A stretch of 64,000 bases of DNA from an uncultured Bacteroidota bacterium (GCA_903927185.1 CAIYLW010000026.1:22759-86758); one strand, 5' to 3'. Positions 9,998 through 20,163 are shown, numbered from the stretch's first letter. The notes: generated from the letters alone by a model not told the origin. Numbers and translations: made by a program.

Positions 9998-10543
9998 TTA
10001 TAATTGTAAGGTAACCAACCTATATTTCGAACCTAATTGAAGATAGGATTTATGGGTGTTCTGTAAGATTTTTCCAATTATAAAAAACCCTGCTGCAATA
10101 CTTAGTTTTGGTAGATTATCAGATCCAAAAACAGGATCTGATTTAATCAAACTATTGGCAACATTTAATAAAATAAAAGCAGCACTTCCTAATTGAAATA
10201 AGCTTCCATCAGTAATTAGATTGCTTGAGCTTCCTTTTTTTGGCATCCCATAAATTTCATTGATATGCAATTTCAAAATTCCAAAATGAACTGTATCAAT
10301 GGTGGGAAGTCCGAATTGATTACCAACTTGTCGAACTTGTATCTGATCAATTATTAAACTATCGTTTTGAATTTTTTTAATAACTCCTTCAATCCATTGT
10401 TTACTACTGAATTGAAAAAGTATATAAGAGCCGTTAGTCCATGATTGCAGTGTTTGACCATGATGCTTCAACATCAACACATCCCTCTGCGCAAATACTG
10501 ATAGAGAAAAAATGCAGCAGATAAGCAGACTTATTATTTTCAT
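9998..10543 (-). CDS. Hypothetical exported protein
   Basis: 181-aa ORF with signal peptide, co-oriented within the gene run. Confidence 0.65.
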   Translation of the reverse strand: MKIISLLICCIFSLSVFAQRDVLMLKHHGQTLQSWTNGSYILFQFSSKQWIEGVIKKIQNDSLIIDQIQVRQVGNQFGLPTIDTVHFGILKLHINEIYGMPKKGSSSNLITDGSLFQLGSAAFILLNVANSLIKSDPVFGSDNLPKLSIAAGFFIIGKILQNTHKSYLQLGSKYRLVTLQL

Positions 10544-10553
10544 GTAATTATTT

Positions 10554-11210
10554 CTATTTTAACTTATCGCCAAAACTTAGGATCCCCCAACAAAGAGCTA
10601 TTCCAAATCCTATTAAAATTAATCCAGAAAGGCGATTGATAAAATGTAAGTTTTTGACGGTTAGCTTAGGTCTTAATTTACCTGCTAAGGAAACTTTTAA
10701 GAGATCAGTTGCTAGAACAAAAACTAGGCAAGTGCCAAATACAACAGCCCTGTATTGAAAAGGATCTGCATGAGTAACTGAGTCGGCCAAAATTGCTGCT
10801 GACCAAGCAAACCAAAAAATGAAAACACCAGGATTGAGCATATTCATAAAATAACCTGATAGAAATATGGCTGCCCAATCGCGTTTTCGAAAAACTTTTT
10901 CTTTTAAATTATTTTCTTCATCTACTACCACTTTCTTAAAAAAGAAAGTATAAATACCTACTCCAATTAAGAAGAGACTACCAGTTACTGCAATAAATGT
11001 TTGATGTTTTAAAGCAGTATGAAAAAGAGAAGTAAAAAAATTGCAAATAAGCAAGAGTGTAACGTCGCTACTAGAAACTCCAGCTACAAAAACATAACCA
11101 GCCTTGTGTCCATGATTAATACTTTGTTTAATGATGGCAAAAATGACAGGTCCCACAGAAATTGCGAGAAGAAATCCCAATGCTAAACCTTTAAAGAGGG
11201 CTGCTACCAT
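10554..11210 (-). CDS. LysE/RhtB-family exporter
   Basis: AISVGPV, GVSSSD, NMLNPGV motifs; about 6 TM. Confidence 0.85.
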   Translation of the reverse strand: MVAALFKGLALGFLLAISVGPVIFAIIKQSINHGHKAGYVFVAGVSSSDVTLLLICNFFTSLFHTALKHQTFIAVTGSLFLIGVGIYTFFFKKVVVDEENNLKEKVFRKRDWAAIFLSGYFMNMLNPGVFIFWFAWSAAILADSVTHADPFQYRAVVFGTCLVFVLATDLLKVSLAGKLRPKLTVKNLHFINRLSGLILIGFGIALCWGILSFGDKLK

Positions 11211-11242
11211 TGCTGAAAAATAAATTGGTATAAAATTTTTGC

Positions 11243-12769
11243 TTAAATGGGTTCGCCCTTAATAAACTTTTGCCAATCGGCTAACATAGCACCTTTCAAT
11301 ACTCGAGGAAATTTATGCTGGCCACCAATTTTACCCTTAGCGGTCATGAAATTCATAAAATCCTGTTCACTTAGCACGTCAAGCATTACATCTTTTAATG
11401 CTGTTCTTCTTTCTACAGCATAGTCATCGTTAAGTTCACAAAGATGTTTATCAATTCTTTTCGCCAATCGATCTTTATCAAAACTATCGTTACAAGCTAC
11501 AAACCAATGATGCGCAAAGAAATTTCCATAAGGCACACCTGCCACTGTGAATTCCGGGATACAGATATTCAGTTCTTCGCTAGCCAATTGAATGGCTTTA
11601 TTCATATTATCCACGCTCAAATGTTCTCCGACCAAACTTAAAAAGTGTTTGGTTCTGCCAGTAATAATTACTTCGCATCTTTCTTTGTCGACAAAACGAA
11701 CGGTATCACCAATAAGATAACGCCAAGTGCCAGCAGTAGTGCTAATAAGTATAGCATAATCTTTTGCTTCTTCCACTTCGTGTATCATGAGTGCTTCCGG
11801 ATTATCTATCATGTCGCCATTGGCATCGAAATTATTTTCATCAAAGGGAACGAATTCCAGGAAAATATGTTCGTTAGTAACCAGTTTCATTCCTTGCGCA
11901 TACTGTCGATCCTGATATGCTATAAAACCTTCACTTGCCAAATAGGTTTCTATATATGTGATAGGTTTACTTAGTAATTTTTCAAACCCTTTTTTATAAG
12001 GTTCAAAACTTACGCCACCATGCACAAAGAAGGCAAGGTTTGGCCACATATCATGAATGGTATTCAATTTGTAACGTTCTATGACCATTTCCATGCACAT
12101 CTGAATCCAAGCAGGAACGCCTACTAAAAAACTGATATCCCATTCTGGCGCTTTATCTACGATTTCTTCCAGTTTCTTGTTCCAATCTTTTTGTTTAGCT
12201 ATTTGTTTACCTGGCTTATAAAAGGGTTGAAACCAAAAAGGAGACTTTTTTTGGGTAATTCCGCTCAAGTCGCCAGAATAATAACCGGGTCCTTTTTCCA
12301 AATCTGTGCTACCGCCAAGTGTTAACCACCCTCTGCCCAAAGCTCCAAAAGGAATATCTTCGTAGTTGCGAAGGGTTAGCAATTGTTTAATCATGACTAT
12401 CTTATTGCCTCTGAGCAAGTCGTTGGTAACAGGTATGAATTTACTAGCTGATTCGCTTGTTCCACTACTTAGTGCATAATACTTGATTTTGCCAGGCCAG
12501 CAGATATCAGACTTGCCTTCCAGGGTTTTATGCCACCATTCTTGATAAATCTTATTATAATTATAGGTGGGAACCAATTCCTGAAATTTCTTACCAGGGT
12601 GTTTGCTAACCAGAATATCGTCGAAATGATAAGTTTGTCCGAATTCAGTAAACCTTGCCTTCCGTAGCATTTTTTTTAAAACCCTTAATTGTTGTCTTCT
12701 CGGATTATTCTGAGGAAGGCGCAAGGCTTTAAGAATAGAGTTCGGAAGCTTGATATCAAGAATTGCCAT
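11243..12769 (-). CDS. GH3 (auxin-responsive) family acyl-acid amido synthetase-like protein
   Basis: SSGTS, YLASEG and YLIGDT adenylation motifs; GGQHKFPR C-terminus. Confidence 0.85.
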   Translation of the reverse strand: MAILDIKLPNSILKALRLPQNNPRRQQLRVLKKMLRKARFTEFGQTYHFDDILVSKHPGKKFQELVPTYNYNKIYQEWWHKTLEGKSDICWPGKIKYYALSSGTSESASKFIPVTNDLLRGNKIVMIKQLLTLRNYEDIPFGALGRGWLTLGGSTDLEKGPGYYSGDLSGITQKKSPFWFQPFYKPGKQIAKQKDWNKKLEEIVDKAPEWDISFLVGVPAWIQMCMEMVIERYKLNTIHDMWPNLAFFVHGGVSFEPYKKGFEKLLSKPITYIETYLASEGFIAYQDRQYAQGMKLVTNEHIFLEFVPFDENNFDANGDMIDNPEALMIHEVEEAKDYAILISTTAGTWRYLIGDTVRFVDKERCEVIITGRTKHFLSLVGEHLSVDNMNKAIQLASEELNICIPEFTVAGVPYGNFFAHHWFVACNDSFDKDRLAKRIDKHLCELNDDYAVERRTALKDVMLDVLSEQDFMNFMTAKGKIGGQHKFPRVLKGAMLADWQKFIKGEPI

Positions 12770-12829
12770 CGTAGAATGAACGTTATTGTTTACTAATTAC
12801 GAAGCTAAAGCAAATGCTTTAAAAAACGC

Positions 12830-13972
12830 TTATGAAATGATATTTGCAGTAAGGGTCTCACCTTCGGATTCTTTAGAGTCGCTTCCTACTATACTTTGGC
12901 TATTACTAGCCCGAAAGCGAAATTGAGCGCCCGAATGGCTAAGCTCTTCTACTTTTTGAATGATCTCTTTCCAACTAAATTGCTTTGATTCGCAAAAAAT
13001 CAAAGTGCTATTTTTGTCTAAAATAGGCTGATTTTCCGTCATTTTTGTTAAAAAAACCATGGGTTCTGCCCGATTTTTATCAAATTCACGCTTTTTTGCC
13101 CATTTTTTAAAAGGATAAGCACCAATTTTATAAAACGCTGAAAATAAGCCCCTTAGTATAATTGCTGCTTGAATAAAAAATCCAAAAAAACCAGCTTTCG
13201 ACCCACGATAGTTTTTTTGAACGAATAAAAGCATGGCATTATAAAATAGTATTACATAATTCAAACTACCTTTTCTAGTGCTCTCCCCTTTGAAATGGAT
13301 GATGGAGGATCCCGAAAAATAGTAATTAGTAAACCCGGCTTTTTGAATTCGGTAGCTAAGGTCAATGTCTTCGCCATACATAAAAAACCGTTCATCAAAT
13401 CCTCCAGTAAGTTCTAAAACTGGTTTAGGTATCATCATAAAGGCACCAGCCAAAACATCTACTTCATGATTTTCGAAGGAGTTGAGATGACCTAATGAAT
13501 AACGATTGAACCTGGAGGATTTTGGAAAAAGGGATGAAAAACCAAGTAATTTATAGAACGCGCGAACTGGAGAAGGGAAAGCCCTTTTGCTCTCAGGTAA
13601 AAATTTACCAGATCCATCCAACATTCGAATACCCAAGGCTCCGGCCTTGGAATGGGCTTTCATAAATTGTATACAATTGGTTAAGCAATCCTCAGGAATA
13701 AGGGTATCGGGGTTTAAAAAAAGGATAAAACTTCCTGAACAATGCTTTACTGCATGATTATTAGCAGCACCAAAACCGATATTTTTTTGGTTTTCCAGGA
13801 ATGAAACTCCAGGGAAAAGAGGCCGAAGATAGTCAAGCGAACCATCTGTTGAATGATTGTCTACTACCCAGATTTCTGCATCGATTTGTTCAACCGCTTT
13901 TAAAACAGCGTGTAAGCACTGTTCTAAAAAGAATTTGACATTGTAATTGACTATGATGATTGATAATTCCAA
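12830..13972 (-). CDS. Glycosyltransferase family 2 (WbbL/rhamnosyltransferase-like)
   Basis: IIIVNYN, VDNHSTD, GFGAANN, LNPD, GAFMM, FFMYGEDID, HFKGES; TTG start. Confidence 0.85.
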   Translation of the reverse strand: MELSIIIVNYNVKFFLEQCLHAVLKAVEQIDAEIWVVDNHSTDGSLDYLRPLFPGVSFLENQKNIGFGAANNHAVKHCSGSFILFLNPDTLIPEDCLTNCIQFMKAHSKAGALGIRMLDGSGKFLPESKRAFPSPVRAFYKLLGFSSLFPKSSRFNRYSLGHLNSFENHEVDVLAGAFMMIPKPVLELTGGFDERFFMYGEDIDLSYRIQKAGFTNYYFSGSSIIHFKGESTRKGSLNYVILFYNAMLLFVQKNYRGSKAGFFGFFIQAAIILRGLFSAFYKIGAYPFKKWAKKREFDKNRAEPMVFLTKMTENQPILDKNSTLIFCESKQFSWKEIIQKVEELSHSGAQFRFRASNSQSIVGSDSKESEGETLTANIIS

Positions 13973-14078
13973 GAAGTAAATCTATATCGAATTAAGAAAA
14001 AAATCAGCTCGAACACAAAGATGCTTATTTAGATACGAAATCTTTCATAATCCTGATATTCGGCGGTACTTTTGCAGT

Positions 14079-14864
14079 ATGATGTTAAAGCATACACTTA
14101 TCAAAGCAGCCGAAGCCGGTGCCGCTGTGATGCAAAGCTATTTCAACGGAAAATTTGAAATTAGCAATAAAGAAGGAATTAATAATCTGGTTACAGAAGC
14201 AGATCATGCATCTGAGAAAGCCATATTTGAAGTAATTAAAAATGATTTTCCGGATCATTATATATTAAGTGAGGAAGCAGGTGAGATCATTCAAGATTCA
14301 ACTTATAAGTGGATCATCGATCCGATTGATGGCACTGTTAATTTTGCCAATGGCATTCCAATTTGTTGCGTAAGTATTGGGGTGGAACAGGAAGGTAAAA
14401 TGATTTTGGGTGCGGTATATAATCCTTTTATTAAAGAATTCTTTTTTGCACAAAAAGGTTTCGGAGCTACTTTAAACAATAAAAAAATTCAGGTTAGTAC
14501 TAGAACTGAAGTAATAAAAAGTTCGATGGTAACAGGCTTTCCTTATACTTATTTAGATGCACCAAATGGTCCCTTACAAATTTTTGAAAAATTGATTCGT
14601 AAGGGTGTTCCGGTAAGAAGATTGGGTAGTGCAGCGATCGATCTTTGTTGGGTTGCTGCAGGAAGATTTGATGGATTTTATGAACATAAATTACAAGCTT
14701 GGGATAGTGCTGCTGGATTTTTAATGGTAGAAGAAGCCGGAGGAAAAGTAACTGATTTTAAAGGAGATTATTATTCTCCCTATCAACCGCATATATTAGC
14801 AACCAATGGATTGATACACGAAGAATTATTAGATATTGTAAATGGCGGAGAAGTTCGCGGATAG
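14079..14864 (+). CDS. suhB: Inositol monophosphatase family protein (SuhB-like)
   Basis: VTEAD, ILSEE, WIIDPIDGTVNF, RLGSAAIDL, WDSAAG. Confidence 0.9.
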   Translation: MMLKHTLIKAAEAGAAVMQSYFNGKFEISNKEGINNLVTEADHASEKAIFEVIKNDFPDHYILSEEAGEIIQDSTYKWIIDPIDGTVNFANGIPICCVSIGVEQEGKMILGAVYNPFIKEFFFAQKGFGATLNNKKIQVSTRTEVIKSSMVTGFPYTYLDAPNGPLQIFEKLIRKGVPVRRLGSAAIDLCWVAAGRFDGFYEHKLQAWDSAAGFLMVEEAGGKVTDFKGDYYSPYQPHILATNGLIHEELLDIVNGGEVRG

Positions 14865-14898
14865 GATCAGTAGCATTTGAAAATAATCAAAATAAATT

Positions 14899-15930
14899 AT
14901 GGAAGAAAGAACAGAAATAGCCGACTTGGGTGAGTTTGGATTAATAGATCACCTAACCAAAAATTTCGAAATACAAAACGTATCAACAGTTTTAGGCGTT
15001 GGAGATGATGCTGCAGTGATTGATCATTTCGGAAAACAGACAGTGATAACCACTGATTTATTGTTAGAAGGAATACATTTTGATTTAATGTATACCCCCT
15101 TGAAACATCTTGGCTATAAATCGGTGATGGTGAATTTGAGTGATATCTATGCAATGAATGCAACACCTACTCAGATCACAGTAAGTATTGGTATAAGTAA
15201 TAGAATTAGCATTGAAGCTTTAAATGAATTTTATGAAGGGATTTATATTGCCTGTGAAAAACATGGTGTAGATCTGATTGGTGGCGATACCTCTACTTCT
15301 CAAAAAGGATTTATTATTTCTATCACTGCTATAGGGGAAGTAACTCCTGATAAATTTGTGAAAAGAAGCACGGCTCAAAAAGGCGATCTTATTTGTGTAA
15401 GTGGAGATTTGGGTGGTGCTTTTCTGGGATTAACATTGATGGAAAGAGAGAAAAAGATTTATCTCGAGAATCCAAAAATACAACCCGACTTAGAAGATGA
15501 AAGCTATATAGTAGGTCGCTTATTAAAACCAGAAGCAAGAAAAGAAGTCATTGAATTTTTTGAAAAAAATGAAATAGTTCCAACGGCAATGATGGATGTA
15601 AGTGATGGTTTGAGCAGTGAAGTATTGCATTTGTGTAAACAGAGTAATCTAGGTTGTATCATATACGAAGAAAAATTACCGATATCAGACGAAAGCAGAA
15701 AAGCTGCTTACAAATTTGGGTTAGATCCTACTGTTTGTGCTTTGAATGGAGGAGAAGATTATGAATTAATCTTTACGTTGAAACAGGAAGACCATGATAA
15801 AATTACACTGAACGAAGAAATTAGTGTTATTGGATACATGACCGATATTGAAGCAGGAAGTAAACTATTTACCAAGGGCGGAAATGAATATCCTATAACC
15901 GCACAAGGATGGAATGCTTTTAATAAATAA
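14899..15930 (+). CDS. thiL: Thiamine-monophosphate kinase
   Basis: GEFGLI, GVGDDAAV, NLSDIYAM, IGGDT, MDVSDGL, GGEDYEL. Confidence 0.95.
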   Translation: MEERTEIADLGEFGLIDHLTKNFEIQNVSTVLGVGDDAAVIDHFGKQTVITTDLLLEGIHFDLMYTPLKHLGYKSVMVNLSDIYAMNATPTQITVSIGISNRISIEALNEFYEGIYIACEKHGVDLIGGDTSTSQKGFIISITAIGEVTPDKFVKRSTAQKGDLICVSGDLGGAFLGLTLMEREKKIYLENPKIQPDLEDESYIVGRLLKPEARKEVIEFFEKNEIVPTAMMDVSDGLSSEVLHLCKQSNLGCIIYEEKLPISDESRKAAYKFGLDPTVCALNGGEDYELIFTLKQEDHDKITLNEEISVIGYMTDIEAGSKLFTKGGNEYPITAQGWNAFNK

Positions 15931-15938
15931 ATCATATC

Positions 15939-17429
15939 ATGCAGAGAGGTCGTTTATTAATAGTTCTTTTCTGCCTATTTTTTTGTTGGTCATGTAGTAA
16001 TTTAAGAATTGGGCAATATTCGATCCATCAAAAATATCCTGCATCTGCTCTCAAAGAAGACGCGCAAATTCTTGAGAAAATTCTCGAGTCTAATCATCCT
16101 AGTCTTTATTGGTATACACCTAAAGAACAAATGGATGTTTATTTTGCAGAAACTATTCAAGGTATTAAGGATTCATTAACCGAAATAGAATTTAGAAATA
16201 GAATTGCTGTATTGGTGAGTAAGATTAAATGTGGTCATACTATTGTTCGATATTCCAATCAATTTATTAAATCTCTTACAAAAAACAGGGCACCACAATT
16301 TCCTTTATCTATCAAGACATGGGAAGATAGCCTTGTGGTATTAGCTAATATTTATCCTGAATCGAATATCAAAAGAGGAACAATAATCACATCAATAAAT
16401 GGAAGGTCGAATAAAGAGTTATTGGATAGCTTTTTTAAATTCATCAGCATTGATGGAAACAACAATTATTATAAGAGTCAAATTGTTAGTAATAATTTTG
16501 GAGCTTGGTACAGAAATGGTTTTGGAAATGATAGTAGTTATTTGTTTGGATATATTGATAGTTTGGGAATTGAAAGAAAAGAAACTGTCAGAAGTTTTCG
16601 ACCATCGATTTTGGAAAGATCTAAAATGGACTCTTTGCAAAAACTAATGTATGCCTTTAAAATACCCACTAAAAAAGAAATTAGAAAAGCTAGAAGGAAT
16701 GCAGAATTGTCTTTAAAATTTGATAATACAACGAGCACAGCCTATATGCATTTAGGGGGATTCTCCATTAATGGGTTACAAAAATTTATGCGAAAGTCGT
16801 TCCGGCAAATAGCAGAAAATAAAGCTCAAAACCTTGTCATAGATTTAAGAGATAATGGTGGAGGGCATTTGAATAACAGTATTCGGCTTACACAATACTT
16901 ATCCAAGCATCCATTTAAGGTTGCAGACACTGTGGTTGCAGTTAATAGAAATTTTGAATACAGTAAATATATTCATCAATCATTTTGGTATTGGTTTCCT
17001 TTAAATTTCAATACTACCAAAATGCAAGATGGAAAGTATCATTATCATCGTTTTGAAACAAAAAAATACTTGCCAATCGTTAACCATCATTTTGATGGGA
17101 ATATTTATTTATTACAAGGTCTATCTACTTTCAGTGCTGCTTCAGTTTTTACCGCAAGTTTAATGGGGCAAGATAATGTGCAATTAATAGGCGAAGAAAC
17201 CGGGGGTGGATTTTATGGTAATTCCGCTATTCATTTGTTGAATGTGGAATTACCGAATACTAAAATTCAAGTTACACTTCCTTTGTTTAGAGTGGTACTA
17301 GATAAAGATCGTCCAAAGGGTAGAGGAGTTATGCCTGATATATTAGTGAAGCCCAATTCTTTTGCAATTAGGCAAGGGGTAGATCTTAAAATGCAGGTGG
17401 TGAAGGAGATGATAAGAGACAAAAGATAA
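15939..17429 (+). CDS. S41-family peptidase, probable lipoprotein
   Basis: Lipobox-like CWSC; IDLRDNGGG, TFSAAS (catalytic Ser), IGEETGG, GVMPD. Confidence 0.85.
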   Translation: MQRGRLLIVLFCLFFCWSCSNLRIGQYSIHQKYPASALKEDAQILEKILESNHPSLYWYTPKEQMDVYFAETIQGIKDSLTEIEFRNRIAVLVSKIKCGHTIVRYSNQFIKSLTKNRAPQFPLSIKTWEDSLVVLANIYPESNIKRGTIITSINGRSNKELLDSFFKFISIDGNNNYYKSQIVSNNFGAWYRNGFGNDSSYLFGYIDSLGIERKETVRSFRPSILERSKMDSLQKLMYAFKIPTKKEIRKARRNAELSLKFDNTTSTAYMHLGGFSINGLQKFMRKSFRQIAENKAQNLVIDLRDNGGGHLNNSIRLTQYLSKHPFKVADTVVAVNRNFEYSKYIHQSFWYWFPLNFNTTKMQDGKYHYHRFETKKYLPIVNHHFDGNIYLLQGLSTFSAASVFTASLMGQDNVQLIGEETGGGFYGNSAIHLLNVELPNTKIQVTLPLFRVVLDKDRPKGRGVMPDILVKPNSFAIRQGVDLKMQVVKEMIRDKR

Positions 17430-17449
17430 GAGTGGAAAATAAGTTAAGA

Positions 17450-17662
17450 CTAGGCTTCAGCCTGGGGCTGAGAATACCTGATGATATTGTGCTTTAGCCC
17501 TTACAGTAGACCCATCAAAAGAGAGAAAGGTCATCCCCTCCTAGAAGTTCACACAGCGTAAGGGCTAAAGCCCGATTCCTACTCCATTATACACCTCCAG
17601 TTTAAAAGCTGGGGTTAACTATACTTTTTCATCAAATCCTCAGCTTAGAAGCTAGGGTTAAC
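17450..17662. repeat. Cluster of REP-like short palindromes between convergent genes
   Basis: Perfect 14-bp inverted pair gctttagcccttac (17491-17504) / gtaagggctaaagc (17558-17571). Two near-identical palindromes at 17594-17619 and 17638-17662. A further palindrome ctaggc-ttca-gcctgg at 17450-17465. Confidence 0.65.
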
Positions 17663-17670
17663 CATATAAT

Positions 17671-18771
17671 TTAAATCTCAGTCGTAATAAGATTTTCTAT
17701 TTCTAAAGTTTCTGATAAGCAAACCAAATTTGCAGGTTTTCCGATTGCAATAGTTCCTAAATGGTGGTTCATTTGAATGGCTTTTGCGGGATAGGTACTT
17801 ACCATTCTCAATGCTTCTTCCAAAGAGATGCCAACTTTATCGACTAAGTTTTTTACAGAAGATAACATCGTAAGTGCAGAGCCACTGAGAATGCCATTTG
17901 ATTCGTATCTATCACCCACCAGATGATGGGGATAAGGTCCAACTGTTGTTTCTGCAACTGCATCTGTTATCACAAACAATCGATCACCCATTTGTTTTTT
18001 TGCAATTTTTATTGCTTCAAAATCAACATGGTATCCGTCTGGAACGATGCTACACATCACAGTAGGATGATTAAATACAGCCCCAACAAAACCAGGTGCA
18101 CGATGTTGAAGTGCGCTCATCGCATTGAATAAATGCGTGGCAGTTTCGATACCATTATCGAAAGCTTCAGTGGCTTCATGAAAGGTAGCATTGCTATGGC
18201 CAGCAGATACTATGATCCCTGATGATTGGATGAATTGAATAATTTCTTGGCTGCAGACTTCTGGTGCAAGAGTGATAATTTTTATTACATCTTTACCATA
18301 TTCAAGTAACTCTTTTACTTCGGATAAAGAAGGAGAATGAATATATTCTTCTAAATGCGCACCTTTTTTTATAGGGTTAAGCCATGGTCCTTCTATATGT
18401 AAACCAAGACAACCCTTTCCACCTTGTTGCCAATAATCTTTTACCGCATCAATGCATTCGTAAAAAACAGAGTTACTATTGGTAGCAACAGTTACCACAA
18501 AATGCGAAGCTCCACCTTTGCTACAATATTGGTACAAAGTAAAAATAGAATCAGCTGATGGATATACAGCTAATAATTTATCATGAGCGCCATAAATCTG
18601 AATGTCTAAAAATGCAGGTGCAACTATATCATAACTATATGCATGATTTGTAATGGGTTCTTCGTAGGGAAATATTTCAATTATTCTGTTATCTTCAATA
18701 ACTACGGCATGTTTGAGTAAGCAATTGTTGCCTGTAAATAATTGCTTAGCAAGAAGGGTTTTTTTATGCAT
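17671..18771 (-). CDS. nagA: N-acetylglucosamine-6-phosphate deacetylase
   Basis: PAFLDIQIYG, GLHIEGP, TLAPE, SAGHS, THLFNAM, DGYH, ITDA, LSGSALTM. Start at 18771 overlaps the upstream stop (ATGCATAA). Confidence 0.9.
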   Translation of the reverse strand: MHKKTLLAKQLFTGNNCLLKHAVVIEDNRIIEIFPYEEPITNHAYSYDIVAPAFLDIQIYGAHDKLLAVYPSADSIFTLYQYCSKGGASHFVVTVATNSNSVFYECIDAVKDYWQQGGKGCLGLHIEGPWLNPIKKGAHLEEYIHSPSLSEVKELLEYGKDVIKIITLAPEVCSQEIIQFIQSSGIIVSAGHSNATFHEATEAFDNGIETATHLFNAMSALQHRAPGFVGAVFNHPTVMCSIVPDGYHVDFEAIKIAKKQMGDRLFVITDAVAETTVGPYPHHLVGDRYESNGILSGSALTMLSSVKNLVDKVGISLEEALRMVSTYPAKAIQMNHHLGTIAIGKPANLVCLSETLEIENLITTEI

Positions 18772-19567
18772 CTGGGTTGTTTTGGAAAATATTAAATTGG
18801 TCTGCGTCTTTCCAGAAAGGAAATTTTTTTCTTGTTTCGTTGAGTGAATCTTTAGATAATTCAAAACTATGTATCACTTCTTCCTGTTGTTTTGAGAATA
18901 GAATATTTCCAAGAGGGTCAATTAACATACTATCGCCACTATGATTGATTCGATTGCCATCTTCCCCTACTCGATTAACGCCAATGACATAAGATTGATT
19001 TTCGATAGCACGTGCAGTAAGCAATGTTTTCCATGCATGGTTTCTTCTTTCAGGCCAATTAGCCACGTAAATTAGTAAATCATATTCTGGCGATTCGTTA
19101 GATTGTTGGCGTGCCCATATAGGGAAACGTAAGTCGTAACAGATTTGTAAATTAATTTTCCATCCATTAACACTGGTAATGAGTCGTTTATTTCCTGCGG
19201 TATAATGTTGGTCTTCACCAGCATAAGCAAACAAATGACGCTTATCGTAAAATCCATAATTCCCATTGGGTAACATCCAAATTAAACGGTTAAAATAGTG
19301 GCCATTTTCTTCAACAATGATACTTCCCGTTAAAATTATTTTTTTAGCATTCGATATCTTTTTCATCCATTCAACGGTTTCACCCTCCATAGTTTCTGCT
19401 AATACTGCAGGCCTCATACTAAAACCGGTAGAGAACATTTCAGGTAAAATAACCAGGTTTGTTTTTTCGGTTATCCTCATTATTTTATCTTCCAGTATGG
19501 CCAGGTTGCGTTTCTTATCCTCCCAAAAAAGAGCAGTTTGAATCAGGGTTACAGATAGTGCTTGCAT
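18764..19567 (-). CDS. Nitrilase-family omega-amidase (YafV-like)
   Basis: LPEMF (Glu), YDKRHLF (Lys), ICYDLRFP (Cys), ARAIENQ. Confidence 0.9.
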   Translation of the reverse strand: MQALSVTLIQTALFWEDKKRNLAILEDKIMRITEKTNLVILPEMFSTGFSMRPAVLAETMEGETVEWMKKISNAKKIILTGSIIVEENGHYFNRLIWMLPNGNYGFYDKRHLFAYAGEDQHYTAGNKRLITSVNGWKINLQICYDLRFPIWARQQSNESPEYDLLIYVANWPERRNHAWKTLLTARAIENQSYVIGVNRVGEDGNRINHSGDSMLIDPLGNILFSKQQEEVIHSFELSKDSLNETRKKFPFWKDADQFNIFQNNPDA

Positions 19568-19597
19568 AAAGTGATGTGAAAGTTGACTATAATATTA

Positions 19598-20074
19598 CTA
19601 TTTTTCTTTTGATCGGATTTGTGCAATGGCATCTTGAATTAAGTTCGACTCATACCCTTTTTGCAAAAGGTAGTTGGTTGTTTTGGCCATTCTGCTAATC
19701 CATTGTTCAGATTTGATGGAATTCCATTTAGTGGAAGCTAGTTGTAGCAAGCATTTGCGGTAGTCTGCTTCAGCAATTACTTTTAATCCCTTTTTGATAT
19801 TAAATGAGCTAACTTTTTTTTGTTGAAGGGCAGCATTGATTTTAATTCTTCCCCATTTTTTACTTCGAAAGTGTCCGCCAGCAAAGAGTATAGCATATCT
19901 TTCTTCATTAAGATAGCCTTCTTCAATAAGTTTCGATAAAAGGGGTTCTACCTCTGTTTTGCGTAATCCGAAAGAATAGAGCTTTTCTTTTGCTTCATGA
20001 TGACTCCTTTCCTGATATGCACAGTATTGCTTCAATTTTTGAAATGCCTGTTCTGGTGTGTAATTTTTTATCAA
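19598..20074 (-). CDS. recX: Regulatory protein RecX
   Basis: YCAYQERS, GYLNEERYA, KKWGRIKI, YLLQKGY. Confidence 0.9.
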   Translation of the reverse strand: MIKNYTPEQAFQKLKQYCAYQERSHHEAKEKLYSFGLRKTEVEPLLSKLIEEGYLNEERYAILFAGGHFRSKKWGRIKINAALQQKKVSSFNIKKGLKVIAEADYRKCLLQLASTKWNSIKSEQWISRMAKTTNYLLQKGYESNLIQDAIAQIRSKEK

Positions 20075-20163
20075 AACAAATTCTTTGAAAAAGGAAAATA
20101 AGAATATTATATTTGTAGATAACCCCTTGTTAAATTTTACGAAGGTAGTTATAACCTTTTTCT

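Noticed and set aside
14865-14898. TPP riboswitch upstream of thiL (also considered for pnuC)
   Set aside because: The gaps are 34 and 16 nt, too short, and lack the aptamer's conserved motif.
17430-17670. CRISPR array or intact insertion sequence
   Set aside because: Repeats are neither identical nor regularly spaced; no cas gene or transposase ORF.
18772-18864. N-terminal extension of nagA in the track
   Set aside because: Lies inside the amidase gene; ATG 18771 gives a typical stop/start overlap.
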